This document shows positions 1 to 10,491 of a DNA stretch of 64,000 nucleotides, in pieces. The stretch spans positions 160,001-224,000 of the forward strand of contig JBOEGF010000032.1 of assembly GCA_050633305.1 (NCBI GenBank), in the 5' to 3' direction. The notes beneath the pieces are model-generated. The model worked only from the letters and a program-made list of their open reading frames with translations, was not told the origin of the DNA and did no database searches. A program made the position numbers and the translations under genes. This stretch comes from Nannocystales bacterium (GTDB lineage Bacteria > Myxococcota_A > Polyangia > Nannocystales > Nannocystaceae). The number at the start of each line of letters is the position of its first letter. Within the stretch, counting starts at the first letter, position 1.

Positions 1-1595
1 TCCCCCACCTCGTCGTGACGAGACGACGAGCCGAAGAATCGGAACGAGACGGGCTCGCCCAGCACGATGCCGAAGGGGCGCTGAAGCTGGACCTCGCTGC
101 CTTCCTCGAGGCCAAACGGCGCGACACACACGGCGTCCATTCGAGGTGGCATGCCGGGGACAGCCAGCTCGGCCCGCTCGATGCCGATGTAGTAGGACTG
201 CGCCAATCCGCCGCGGATCCGAAGGCCACCGGTTCGTCGAGCCCGCGCGTAGTAGGCCGCACCTCGGGCCACCGCGAGTTCGGGATCGACCCCCTCGAGC
301 ACGGTGGGGCGAGCACCGCCCTCGGCTTCGGTCCACGCGGCGAGCACATCGAGCAGCTTCTGCCGAACCGCAGGCGCTCGGGTCACGCCCCCGTTGAAGA
401 GCACCGCGGTGGGGTGCACAAACGAGTGTCCGGCGGGCAGCGTTTCCCGAGCCCGCGCCAGGAATGCGGCCAGATGCCGCGTCACCCCTGCATCGGCGGC
501 GTACGGCAACCCCAACGTGGTGAGTCCGGCGCGCTCGGCCTGCTCGGGGCGTGCGTCCGCGGTGGTCATGGGAAAGAACCCATCGAGGACCATCGACCAG
601 GTCTCGTCTTTGGTGAGCGTGGCCCGCAGCGTCCCACCGACCAACTTGCTCCCCCGACTGGGGATCGACAGGGCCACCTCGTCCTGCGTCCCGGCCAGAA
701 GGGTTTCCTTGGCCCCACGGGTGGCATGGGTCAGGGCCCGCAGCTGCCACGCGTCGAGGTCCTTGCCCTCGTCCTCCAACCGCGCCTGGACGACGTAGGC
801 CAACGCGAGGTCCATGTTGTCGCCACCGAGCAGGATGTGATCTCCAACGGCGATGCGTTCGAGCGCGAGGGCACCGTCGCGGTCGCACACCTCGATGAGC
901 GAGAAGTCTGTGGTGCCGCCACCGATGTCGACGACGAGGATGATGTCCCCCACCGACACGTCGTCGCGCCACGCGTCGCCGCGCTGCGCGACCCAGTCGT
1001 AGAGTGCAGCCTGAGGCTCCTCGAGGAGGACCGGCGGCTCCTCGAAGCCTGCGAGTTCCGCGGCCTCGACCGTCAGCTCCCGCGCGACAGCGTCGAACGA
1101 GGCGGGAACTGTGAGCACGACCTCCTGCTCTTCGAGAGGATCGTCGGGATGGGCCAAGTCCCACGCGGCGCGCAAGTGCGCCAGGTACCGGGCCGATGCT
1201 TGCAGCGGGGAAACCCGGGGAACGTCGTCGGGCTCGGAGTCCGTCGCCACGGGAAGAATCTCGGCCCGGCGGTCGACACCGGGATGAGACAGCCAACTCT
1301 TGGCTGACGCCACGAGTCGTCCCGGCGTACTCGCCCCCTGCCCTCGCGCGAACGACCCGACGACGTCGCGTGCGCTTGGATACCAAGGCAGGCCCAACGC
1401 GTCCTTGGCGAACTGCGACGGCGCCGGAAAGAACAGGAACGAGGGCAACAGCGGACGCGTGTCGACCTCGGCCGGCGCAACGATCTGAGGCAGCGGCAGC
1501 GCGACCGGCGCGTCGTCGCCGTCGGCCGCGGCCGTGGCCAGGGCGCAGTGCGTGGTGCCCAGATCGATGCCGACCGAAAACCGCGGCGCGCTCAC
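1..1595 (-). CDS. Hsp70/DnaK-family protein (runs off window start)
   Basis: Read manually on the minus strand: GTG at 1595 gives MSAPRFSVGIDLGTTHCALA; later VPASFD, LLEEPQAALYDW and ILVVDIGGGTTDFS Hsp70 motifs. GTGA overlap with the upstream stop. Confidence 0.9.
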   Translation of the reverse strand, partial: MSAPRFSVGIDLGTTHCALATAAADGDDAPVALPLPQIVAPAEVDTRPLLPSFLFFPAPSQFAKDALGLPWYPSARDVVGSFARGQGASTPGRLVASAKSWLSHPGVDRRAEILPVATDSEPDDVPRVSPLQASARYLAHLRAAWDLAHPDDPLEEQEVVLTVPASFDAVARELTVEAAELAGFEEPPVLLEEPQAALYDWVAQRGDAWRDDVSVGDIILVVDIGGGTTDFSLIEVCDRDGALALERIAVGDHILLGGDNMDLALAYVVQARLEDEGKDLDAWQLRALTHATRGAKETLLAGTQDEVALSIPSRGSKLVGGTLRATLTKDETWSMVLDGFFPMTTADARPEQAERAGLTTLGLPYAADAGVTRHLAAFLARARETLPAGHSFVHPTAVLFNGGVTRAPAVRQKLLDVLAAWTEAEGGARPTVLEGVDPELAVARGAAYYARARRTGGLRIRGGLAQSYYIGIERAELAVPGMPPRMDAVCVAPFGLEEGSEVQLQRPFGIVLGEPVSFRFFGSSSRHDEVG

Positions 1596-2134
1596 AGCTC
1601 AACCTCGGCAGCAGCCACGACCATGGGGTCGTGCGCATCGGAGAGCTTGGGCAACGAGAACCGCGATGCCTGCCATCCGTGATGTGCCAGCGTGCCCGTG
1701 TACGGAGGCTCGCCTTTGACGTTCCCGGTGACGCGGTGTCGCACCGCATCGAAGCCCTCGGCGAGTTCAACCTTTGCGCCCTCGTCCTCGGTGCGGACAG
1801 GCTCGAACTCCACGTAGTCCTGCAGCCCCTTGCGGCAGCCCTCGTGCACGACGCGAGCCGCGGCTCCAATGTCCGCATCGGACGCGCCGGAGAGGTCCTC
1901 TTGGACGAAGTCCACGAATCGGCCCTCGCGCTGAAGGATGGCCAGCAGCTGGAGCGCGGGCGCAAGGTCGCGCTCGGCTTCTTTTTCCTCGACCTCGCGA
2001 ACGGGGGCCAGCGCGGGCTCGGGCGTCGCGGAGTCAGCCGCGCGGACCTTGGCCGCAAAGGCGCCATCGAAGAGCACCTTCCAGGGGAGAACGAACGCGA
2101 GCCAAAGTCGAGCGCCGAAGCCGAGCGATTCCAT
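1592..2134 (-). CDS. DUF2760-domain protein
   Basis: ALQLLAILQREGRFVDFVQED...VHEGCRK...GTLAHHGW...AEVEL; this family typically sits next to these Hsp70s. Confidence 0.85.
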   Translation of the reverse strand: MESLGFGARLWLAFVLPWKVLFDGAFAAKVRAADSATPEPALAPVREVEEKEAERDLAPALQLLAILQREGRFVDFVQEDLSGASDADIGAAARVVHEGCRKGLQDYVEFEPVRTEDEGAKVELAEGFDAVRHRVTGNVKGEPPYTGTLAHHGWQASRFSLPKLSDAHDPMVVAAAEVEL

Positions 2135-2210
2135 GAGGTTTGCCTCCCGCACCCAAGCGCGGGACGCCGAATTGCCACCACAGACGCCGCATTGCAAGGA
2201 CACCGGGGGC

Positions 2211-2996
2211 TCACCGAGGCCCTCCCCGCCGCCCGTGCCTTTGCGAGGCCGCGTGGCGCCGCGGAGGGTCCGGCTCCGCGAGGGGGCGCGAGGTCGCTGG
2301 AGGCTGCGGGAACCCCCGCAAACGAGGGTCAAGCGCGCAACGCAAGGCTGCCTCGATCCAACCCCGGGGCACCGGTCCCACCGGAGCCCCCCGCACGCGC
2401 GCCCTCACGCCGCCGACGAGGCCGGCGACCGTCGGCGCGGTGGGATGGAGCCAGGGAGCGCGAAGCGCCGCACGGGACGGGTCGAGCCATGGACCCCGCG
2501 GGATTCCGATCGCGTCCAGCGACACTGGCTCCCAGGTGCCGCCGTCGCCCCAGGTGAGACGGCGGTGCACTTCGGGGTGCACCCACGGGTCGACGACCCC
2601 ACCGAGCAGGTCCCGTGCGGTCGACCAGCCGGGCAACGCCGCACAGGGCATGAGTTCAGCGGAGCCCGAACCGTGCACTTGCCGGGCAGTCGCCCCCACA
2701 CGAGGTGGCGGGACTTCGCGAACCTCGACGTCGATGCGAGGCCAGCCCAACCGGCGCCGGGTCGGTGACAGAACGCGCTCCATCGTACGCTGCGCGACGA
2801 CGGGTGTCGGCACGCGTCCGAGCCACACAATGCTTCTCGCGCGCAGGACGGCCGCGACCGTCCACGGAAAGCCCCGTCTGAGTCGCTGCCAAACCGCAGC
2901 CGCAGGCGGCCCCGCCCCAACGACAACAGGGGTGTGCAGGCGAACCTGGACGAGCACGACGACCATGACGGGTCCGAGGAGCAAGGCGCGGGCCAA
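2211..2996 (-). CDS. Possible hypothetical protein or degraded gene
   Basis: Co-directional ORF filling the gap between the TPR and DUF2760 genes; no recognisable motif. Confidence 0.25.
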   Translation of the reverse strand: MARALLLGPVMVVVLVQVRLHTPVVVGAGPPAAAVWQRLRRGFPWTVAAVLRARSIVWLGRVPTPVVAQRTMERVLSPTRRRLGWPRIDVEVREVPPPRVGATARQVHGSGSAELMPCAALPGWSTARDLLGGVVDPWVHPEVHRRLTWGDGGTWEPVSLDAIGIPRGPWLDPSRAALRAPWLHPTAPTVAGLVGGVRARVRGAPVGPVPRGWIEAALRCALDPRLRGFPQPPATSRPLAEPDPPRRHAASQRHGRRGGPR

Positions 2997-3087
2997 GCCG
3001 ACCGCACCCGTCTTCTGCGCTCGTGGCCGGCGCGCATGGCCCGAGTCCGGGCCAAACCGGGGGCGGTCTGGCCAGCTTGGCGCCGCC

Positions 3088-5205
3088 CTACTGCGCCATC
3101 ATCTGTCCGAACTTCGCGTTGAGGCTCGGGTCCTGCTGAAGCGCCTGCCCCCACACCTGCATGAGCTGAGCGTACGAGCCCATGTCCAAGCCATATCGCC
3201 CCAGCGCCCCCATCATGTCGCCGGTCTGAACCTGCTTCATCATTCCCACGTAATCCGAGAGCCGAGCCAGCGGCTGTCCGGGAAACACAGTGGGATCCGG
3301 GGTACCGCCCTCACCCGCCGCCGCTGCGGCCGCTGCGGCTTGGGCCTTGCTCACCTCCTCGGCGTGATCGAACGCCTTCGCTTTGATCTCGACCGAGTGA
3401 GTTGTGGAGGACCCCGTGTTTCCGGTGAGGATCCGATCGAGGTAGCCCTTGAGCCACTCCTCCCGCGCGGGCTCGTGTCCCCCTAGCGAGAGCCAGGTGG
3501 AGATCAACGGATACTCGAAGCAGGTGTAACCGGCCGAGGGGATCTGACCGACAAGCCAGCCAAAGAGTTCTTCAACCCGCGCTCGGACGACCGCGTCTTT
3601 GCGCGCGAGCGCTCCCATCGCGATGATCGCCGCGTCGACCACCCAGTCCACGGGCCCCAGGATCAGGGATTCCAGCGCCTGCTTGCGGGCACTCCCCTCC
3701 CAACCGGTATCGACATGTGCAATGAGCAGCGCCGCCGCGATCTGCACCCGCTGCACCCACATCAGCACGCGCCAGTCCGGAGACGGAGGTCGCGGGGGGT
3801 TGACCATCACCGCCAGCAGCGAGCTGACCGCACCGGGATTGAGTTTCGTCGCCGCCTCGGCGGCAGCCTCTGTCCACGCCTCCAACAAGAAGTCGGTCTC
3901 TGCGATCTCGAACACCATCTGCGCGATGTTGGGATCCCCCGGCCCCATCGTTGGCCTGGGCTGCACCCCTTCGTAGACCCACAAGCAAAACGGCACCTGA
4001 GCCTTGGGGACGCGAGGGTCGGGTGTAGAGACCTCCTCGACCGACACGTCCAGTCCAACCTGCGGTCCCCACATCTCCATCTGAAGGTTGAAAGCTGCGA
4101 CCACGCTGGGCGACTCGATGTGGCTGAGCTTGAGTTCGACCGTGCTGCCGTGGTGTTCGGCCGGATTGTGGAACATCCGCTCGAACACCCGCCGCATCGC
4201 GTTGGTGCTCGAATCTGCCGCACGCGGGAGAGACGTGACAAAGGCAAACGGAGGATCGATCTCGTTGGCGAGCGTCTCACCTCGCCCGTTGCCCTGCGCC
4301 CGAGCTCCCAGAAGCATCTTGCGGTCTTCCTCGCTCGGATGGAGCCGGTAGCGGGCATAGTGAAACGAAGGCAACGCCCACTCGTGTTCGGGCTCCTTGT
4401 CGAGGACGTGCTGGTACTGCCCCATCGCGTCTCGATAGCGCCCCGCGTCGATGAGCGCGTCGCCCCCGTCCAGGTAGGACGCGAGATCGTCAGCGTCGTA
4501 GGTCCGGGACTGTGCGTAGGCCTCGAGGGCTTCGTCGACGCGCCCCATGTCGCGAAGAACGTTGGCGACCGCAACGCAGGTTTGCCATGAGGGGTCGAGT
4601 TGTTTGGCCCTCTGGGCGTGGTGGAGCGCTTCGTCGGAGGTGCTCACCCGCCGTGCGGCCGCGGCTGCCGCGACGAATGCGAAGGGTTCCTGGGGGTGCA
4701 GCTCGCAGATCTGGCGGCACAGTCCGAGCCCCACCTCCAGGTTCGGCCTCCGCGCGTCGTCGGGCGTCAACGGCGTCGGGCAGCCGCTCGCGAGTTTCAT
4801 GACGGAAAGCAGCACGCTCGACTTGAGGTCCTCGATGGACACGGAGCGGGCCACACTCGGTGTCGCGAGCCACCACGCGGCCCATTGAAGGTAGGTCGCC
4901 GTGGGCCGCACCGCGACGACATCAGACAGCAGGGACAGCGCCTGCTTGACCTCGCCGCGACCTGCGAGAATGTAGGCTCGGCTGGCAGCCGTCACGAAGC
5001 TGGAGTCTTGCTCCGAGAGGACCACCAGCGACAGCGGGTCCGAACTGCGAGTGACGATCTCCCCCAGGACTTCCAACATCTCGCGGTTGGTCGGGTCCCC
5101 GGCGAGCGCGCATCCAACATGATGAATCGCGTGGGAGAGGTCGCCTTGGGCGAGGGCAGTCCGGGAGAGGCTCAGATCATCGGGGCGAGATTGCTGCTGG
5201 GACAT
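3088..5205 (-). CDS. TPR-repeat protein with a small helical C-terminal domain
   Basis: 705 aa; TPR-like helices (ANVLRDMGRVDEALEAY, GDALIDAGRYRDAMGQY). Confidence 0.8.
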   Translation of the reverse strand: MSQQQSRPDDLSLSRTALAQGDLSHAIHHVGCALAGDPTNREMLEVLGEIVTRSSDPLSLVVLSEQDSSFVTAASRAYILAGRGEVKQALSLLSDVVAVRPTATYLQWAAWWLATPSVARSVSIEDLKSSVLLSVMKLASGCPTPLTPDDARRPNLEVGLGLCRQICELHPQEPFAFVAAAAAARRVSTSDEALHHAQRAKQLDPSWQTCVAVANVLRDMGRVDEALEAYAQSRTYDADDLASYLDGGDALIDAGRYRDAMGQYQHVLDKEPEHEWALPSFHYARYRLHPSEEDRKMLLGARAQGNGRGETLANEIDPPFAFVTSLPRAADSSTNAMRRVFERMFHNPAEHHGSTVELKLSHIESPSVVAAFNLQMEMWGPQVGLDVSVEEVSTPDPRVPKAQVPFCLWVYEGVQPRPTMGPGDPNIAQMVFEIAETDFLLEAWTEAAAEAATKLNPGAVSSLLAVMVNPPRPPSPDWRVLMWVQRVQIAAALLIAHVDTGWEGSARKQALESLILGPVDWVVDAAIIAMGALARKDAVVRARVEELFGWLVGQIPSAGYTCFEYPLISTWLSLGGHEPAREEWLKGYLDRILTGNTGSSTTHSVEIKAKAFDHAEEVSKAQAAAAAAAAGEGGTPDPTVFPGQPLARLSDYVGMMKQVQTGDMMGALGRYGLDMGSYAQLMQVWGQALQQDPSLNAKFGQMMAQ

Positions 5206-5285
5206 CGCAGGGAGACAGAGTCACACCGACACGAGATGTGACTCCATTCGGGGTCTTTTTTAGATGTCGCGCGTGACACCTCGGA

Positions 5286-6467
5286 TCACGCGAAGCCCGA
5301 AGCCCGGTCCTGAAGCGCGTGAACGCTACGGATTCCGCCCTCGAGGTTCTGGATCCTCTCCTTCCATCCCTGATCGAGCGGCTGGTTGTGCACGAGCTTG
5401 TGGAAGCGCAGCATCACCATCGTCGTCAGCGTTGGTTGGATGAACGACTCCCGGACCGTTCGGACGGCCAGCCAGGCGATCACCCCACCCACCACCACCG
5501 CAGCCGCCAAGGCGACCAGGAACGGGATCGGAGCTGCCTTGATCACCTCGGGTGCATTGGCCTGAAGAACCGCGAGGTCTCCGCCCTGCGAGGCAAACGT
5601 CGCCGCGAAGACGCCTCCGACCGAGGCCACCGCGGCAACGATCCAAAGCGGAGCGATCATCAGTTTCTCGAGGACGATGACCCCGATCGCGGTCCGGAAC
5701 ATCTTGCCGCTGTTCTGGGCGCAGTAGGTCAACCCGTCGAGGGCCGGCCCCGCAAACTCGCGGTCTCCTCGCGCGAGCCCATACGAAAGCACGACAGCTT
5801 CGAGGTACCCAGCGGCGCCGTTGACCAATGCGTACAGACCCCGCTTGATGAAGGAGATGTCGATCGGCAACCACTTGTCGATGAAGTCCAGCGTCTCGGT
5901 CAGCTTGCGGAGACTGCGGTTGACCGACCGGTTGACCTCCCAAATGGACGTCATGTTTTCCAGACGGGTGCTGACAATGTGTTTGGCATAGGCCAGCTGT
6001 CCGTCGTTGCCCGCTCCAATGCTGCCCTTGGTGACCAACTCGGTGAGAATCGCGATGTGGGCACACTTTGCGCCGAACATCTTCCGCTCGACAAAGGGCA
6101 TCCAAAACCAGAAGACCGGAATGATCCCACCGAGGATCACCGCGACCCCGGCCCACTTGTTCACGCCAACCGCGAGAGCCGTCCCGATGCCCAGCGCAGC
6201 GAGGACCATCACGACGCTGAGCGTGGTGAACATGCTCCAATGGGCGAAGCGAAACAGCGCGTACGGAAGGACCTTCACGGACAAGCGCACGGCGGCAAAG
6301 AACCCTCCGCCGCTGCTCGCGACCGGATAGCTGTGCGGACAGCCAGCAGGGGGTCCGTGACCCACCGTGGCGTCGCCGGGCGGGGCTTGGGCTGGCGCTT
6401 GCCTCGGCGGCAGAGGAGGATGGATGAGATGCTGTTGAACCCCGGGATGCGGCTGGTGTGGATGCAT
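5286..6467 (-). CDS. Multi-pass membrane protein with Pro/His-rich N-terminus
   Basis: Several hydrophobic segments; start re-picked at MHPHQP. Confidence 0.7.
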   Translation of the reverse strand: MHPHQPHPGVQQHLIHPPLPPRQAPAQAPPGDATVGHGPPAGCPHSYPVASSGGGFFAAVRLSVKVLPYALFRFAHWSMFTTLSVVMVLAALGIGTALAVGVNKWAGVAVILGGIIPVFWFWMPFVERKMFGAKCAHIAILTELVTKGSIGAGNDGQLAYAKHIVSTRLENMTSIWEVNRSVNRSLRKLTETLDFIDKWLPIDISFIKRGLYALVNGAAGYLEAVVLSYGLARGDREFAGPALDGLTYCAQNSGKMFRTAIGVIVLEKLMIAPLWIVAAVASVGGVFAATFASQGGDLAVLQANAPEVIKAAPIPFLVALAAAVVVGGVIAWLAVRTVRESFIQPTLTTMVMLRFHKLVHNQPLDQGWKERIQNLEGGIRSVHALQDRASGFA

Positions 6468-6531
6468 GGTCGTGGACCTTGCGGGGGTAGAGGACGCCGC
6501 CTCGGAGTTGTGACAGCCGATCGTCCGATTC

Positions 6532-7149
6532 TCACTCCGGTCGAATGCCACGCTTGAGCGCGAGCGCCCGTAAGCGCGTCTTGGTCCGCTCGAACCGCTT
6601 CCTCAAGGCCGCCACCAGCCGCTTGAGTTCCTCCTCCGTGGTGTCCTCGCTCGCGTCCTCACTGATCCAGGCGATCTCTCGCCAGCTCATCTGCCGGTCC
6701 ACACGAAGCGTGAGCAGGACCTGTTCGTCCACCGACAGCTCCTGCCGCAGCGCAGCCACACCACTGCGAACTTCGGTCCGCAGGATCGTGATCGTTTGCG
6801 TCCGGATCCTCTCTGCGAGGTTGTTGTAGGCTTCACTGCTCAGGGGGTCCACAGCCGGACCGCGTCCTCTAGCCTTCCGAGCGCGGTACAAAGCGCGCCG
6901 AGCGAGGGTATACGACCACGTTCTCAGGCTTGCTCGCCACTGAAAACCCTCGAGGCCACGCCAGAGGTCCTCGCTGAACATGGAAAACGCATCCAACGCA
7001 AGGTCGTCGTCGCGGGCTGCCCCGACCAAGAAACCGAGCAACTCGGGACCGTAGCCGCGGAGCGCGCGAGTCGCAGCATCATCGAAGCGCAGCTCCTCGG
7101 CCGCCTCGCGGACCTGGGCCTCCAGCTCTTGCCGCTGCTCCGGCGTCAT
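6532..7149 (-). CDS. ECF-type sigma-70 factor
   Basis: Region 2 (FSEDLWRGLEGF...SLRTWSYTLAR) and region 4 (LLTLRVDRQMSWREIA). Confidence 0.85.
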   Translation of the reverse strand: MTPEQRQELEAQVREAAEELRFDDAATRALRGYGPELLGFLVGAARDDDLALDAFSMFSEDLWRGLEGFQWRASLRTWSYTLARRALYRARKARGRGPAVDPLSSEAYNNLAERIRTQTITILRTEVRSGVAALRQELSVDEQVLLTLRVDRQMSWREIAWISEDASEDTTEEELKRLVAALRKRFERTKTRLRALALKRGIRPE

Positions 7150-10037
7150 GGAGTCACAGTATCAGCCCTCAACCATGCCCGGACCTCTTGCACCTGCTTG
7201 GCGTACCCCGGGCCGATATCTTCGTACAGCGCGGCGGCTTCCTCGGCGGTTTGGCGGGCCTTCGGGTTGGACGCTCCCTGGGCACGAGCGTGTACAAACT
7301 TCGCCTCTGCGAGCTGGCCTGGCGGACCGTCCGGGCCCAGCAGATCGAGAGCCCGCGAGCTAGACTCCTGCGCCCCCTGTGCGTCGCCGATCGCGAGCTG
7401 CGTCTTCCCGAGTTCGAGCAAGGGGTTGACCCGTGCGAGGTGATCGATGGGGAGGATTTCGTCGCAGAGTCCCTGCACTGCCCGCAGCCGCTCGAGCGAG
7501 CCCTCGAGATCCCCAAGGTCGCGACGCAAGCTTCCGAGCAGTGTCGAGATCGGAAGCATGTTGGGGTGGCGAGGCCCATACGCGACCTCAAACGCGGCGT
7601 GTGCCTCCTTCGCGAGGACTTCGGCCGCCGACCACTCTCCGAGGTTGGCACGCTGAACCGCGAGGTTTGCCGCCGCGCGTGCGAACGGGATCGGGGCGGA
7701 CTTCCGCTGCGTCCGTCGGTGGGCAAGCAGCGCTTCGAACACGGCAAGCGCTTCGTCGGATCGCCCGCGGGTCTGCAGCAGAACGCCGAGTTTCTGCTGC
7801 ACCTCGTAGGTCCGCTCGTCCGTCGGGCCATACGCCGCGGTCCGGATCGCGAGCGCTTCTTCGATGGTTCGCTGAGCGCACTCGTGGTCCCCCAGGGCGA
7901 TGCACGCGACCCCCCAGTTGGACAGCGTCGTGACGAGCGCGGGATGTTTGGCACCGAAAGCACGGTGCTGGATCTCGTAGGCGGCTTCGAGGTGGCGGAC
8001 CGCATCCGCATACCGTCGACGGGCGATGAGGGACGCTGCAAGGTTGATCCGTGTCGTGGCGACAATGAGGTGCGTTGACCCTCGCTCGCGAATCTGTTCG
8101 TCCAGCGCTTCGCTGGCCAAGTCGATCGCTTCGTCTTCCCGACCGCCGTCTCGAAGCACCGCGACTCGGCCCATGGCGACGTCAAATCGAAGGCGCGCGT
8201 CGGTGTGAGAGGCGGCGCTGGCCCACGCGAGTTCGGCCAGGTCCGCAGCCTCTTCGAACCGACCGCCAGCGTCGAGCAACGCGTGCGCGAGGCCCAGCCA
8301 TGCGCGTGCGCTCGTCTCGGCATCGCCGCTGGCCAAGCCGTGAAGAATCGCCTTTCGGTACAAGGGCTCCGCGCCTCGAAGTCCATCGCGCTGAACCGCC
8401 TCGTCTGCTTGGTACCGCGTCGCCTCGGAGGCGATATCCTCCCAGCCCCCCGCGACCGCGCGATCGGCAATCGAGGCGAGTTGACCGGAGATGTCCGCCC
8501 GAGGCGAGACCTGTCCCTGAATCCGAGAGGCTTCGAGTTCCTCCCGAAGCTCCACGGCCACGACGGGGAGCTCTGTCGACGGAGCATCGGGACATCCGAG
8601 CGGGTCGGGAAGCTCGGCGAAGGCGCGAAGAGCAGAGCTGGACGTGGTTCCCGGCCGATGGATCGACTCCATGAACGTGACGAGTCGGCCACGGGCGTGC
8701 TTGAGGCACAGGTGTGGTCCGTCCCGATGCGCCTGGGACTCGGCCGGACGATTCGCCGCGCTCAGGCACACTTCTCGAGACGTGGTCCGCCAGCGCTCGC
8801 CGTAGTCATCCAGCGATGCGCGAAGCCATCGCCACGCGTCCTGCTCGTAGGCTTGTGTTCCTTCCGCGAGCGAGTCGAACCGGGCTCGTTGCGTGTCGTC
8901 CCAGATTCCATCGAGCTTGGCGGTGGGGTCGCACGCGGCCGGTGGCGCAGCCTGGAGTGCGAGGCTCGACCCCCAAGCCGCGACGACACCAACCAGCGCG
9001 GCGGCACTCCACAACCGACGAGGCCGGCGACGCGCCGACGAGAGCGCGGCCAAGAGGGCCCCCATGCTTGGGTACCGTTCGCGTGGTTCCGCGGACAGAC
9101 CCTTGGTGACCACCCGAGCAATGGCCCGGGGGATGCCCGGCATCCCATCCAGCGGACCCGCCAGCACCGTCGCACGCCGCCGTTCTCCGGCCGAGGGGAG
9201 CGGGCCCGATTCGAGGACTGCCTCACCTTGATTCTTGAACGGTCGCGCTCCCGTGAGCGCCTCGAACAGCGTGACACAGAACGCGAACTGGTCCGCCCGG
9301 CCATCGATCACATCGAACCCGTACTGTTCCGGTGCCATGTAGGCGGGCGTTCCCACGGCCACGCCGGTGTTGGGGTCGTCGCCGCGCTGAGAGTGTTGAG
9401 TCTGAGTCCCGCTTCCCGATGCCGTGGTGCTCGGGCCTTCGTCCTGCGCCAAGCCGAAGTCGGCAACACGCGGCGCACCATCTTCCCCCAGAAGCACGTT
9501 CTCAGGCTTGAAGTCTCGATGGACGAGCCCGGCCGCATGCGCAGCACCGAGCCCTCGCCCAATGACCTCGAAGAGGTCGAGGACCTCGAGCGTGGAACGC
9601 CCCGGCTTCAACCACTCACGAAGTGTCCCCAGAGGACAATACTCCATGGCGATGAACAGCGCCCCGGCATGGGTGCCCACCATGTGTACGGAGACCACGT
9701 TCGTATGCACCACCTTGGCCATGGACTGGGCTTCGGCGAGCATCCGAGGCAGCGCTGACTCCGAATTGCCTCGACGGTGCAACTTGAGCGCCACGGGGCG
9801 GTCGAGGTCGCGGTCACGGGCGAGGTAGACCACGCCCATGCCCCCTTCCCCGAGCACCCGTTCGACAACGAACGAGTCGGCGACGACATCTCCTGGCCGC
9901 AGACGTGGCGGGCCGACCGAACCGAGTTCGATCTGAGGCGCCTGCGCAAGGGCTCCGAGAAGTCTCCCGGTCTGGGATCCCATCCCAGTATCGGCTTCGT
10001 CGTGGCGCCCGGACTGCCCCATACGCCGGAGCGACAT
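7146..10037 (-). CDS. Membrane Ser/Thr protein kinase with C-terminal TPR array
   Basis: LGEGGMGVVY, VALK, HRDFKPEN, DFG, GTPAYMAPE; one TM segment followed by TPRs; ATGA overlap with the ECF gene. Confidence 0.92.
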   Translation of the reverse strand: MSLRRMGQSGRHDEADTGMGSQTGRLLGALAQAPQIELGSVGPPRLRPGDVVADSFVVERVLGEGGMGVVYLARDRDLDRPVALKLHRRGNSESALPRMLAEAQSMAKVVHTNVVSVHMVGTHAGALFIAMEYCPLGTLREWLKPGRSTLEVLDLFEVIGRGLGAAHAAGLVHRDFKPENVLLGEDGAPRVADFGLAQDEGPSTTASGSGTQTQHSQRGDDPNTGVAVGTPAYMAPEQYGFDVIDGRADQFAFCVTLFEALTGARPFKNQGEAVLESGPLPSAGERRRATVLAGPLDGMPGIPRAIARVVTKGLSAEPRERYPSMGALLAALSSARRRPRRLWSAAALVGVVAAWGSSLALQAAPPAACDPTAKLDGIWDDTQRARFDSLAEGTQAYEQDAWRWLRASLDDYGERWRTTSREVCLSAANRPAESQAHRDGPHLCLKHARGRLVTFMESIHRPGTTSSSALRAFAELPDPLGCPDAPSTELPVVAVELREELEASRIQGQVSPRADISGQLASIADRAVAGGWEDIASEATRYQADEAVQRDGLRGAEPLYRKAILHGLASGDAETSARAWLGLAHALLDAGGRFEEAADLAELAWASAASHTDARLRFDVAMGRVAVLRDGGREDEAIDLASEALDEQIRERGSTHLIVATTRINLAASLIARRRYADAVRHLEAAYEIQHRAFGAKHPALVTTLSNWGVACIALGDHECAQRTIEEALAIRTAAYGPTDERTYEVQQKLGVLLQTRGRSDEALAVFEALLAHRRTQRKSAPIPFARAAANLAVQRANLGEWSAAEVLAKEAHAAFEVAYGPRHPNMLPISTLLGSLRRDLGDLEGSLERLRAVQGLCDEILPIDHLARVNPLLELGKTQLAIGDAQGAQESSSRALDLLGPDGPPGQLAEAKFVHARAQGASNPKARQTAEEAAALYEDIGPGYAKQVQEVRAWLRADTVTP

Positions 10038-10491
10038 TAACACAGCGCCGATGCGCTCGCCTGCTGTCCACCAGCGAGCCGCCGCAAAGGCACCACAGCA
10101 TGGCTCGACGCGAAGCCCGGGGCCGGTGCCTCCGACTATCCAGCCACGTTTCCCCGGACACGCCGGACGTTTCGCGCCATCATGCGCTCGATGGGTTGAT
10201 CGCCTGCGCCATCAGTCGCTCGTAGCAACGGGACTCGCTCGCGGCGATGACAACGTCGAACGCCGAAGAATTCGGTTGCGGGCACCAAGGGCGCGAACCA
10301 ACCTACGTCGATTTTTGGGAGCACCTCGATCGCCAGTTTTTGTCGGCTCCTGGCGACGCGTGCGGCACAAACCCACGTCCCCCCACCGGTCTGCGACCGA
10401 TCCACGCTGCCCCGGTGCGGAACCGAGCGCCGTGGTGACCCGTTTTTCGCGAGGCGCGTGCGTTGTGACGAGACAGCCGTATGAGGGGGCC

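Noticed and set aside
10247..10438. 63-aa ORF in the kinase promoter region
   Set aside because: No RBS or motif; more likely intergenic DNA.
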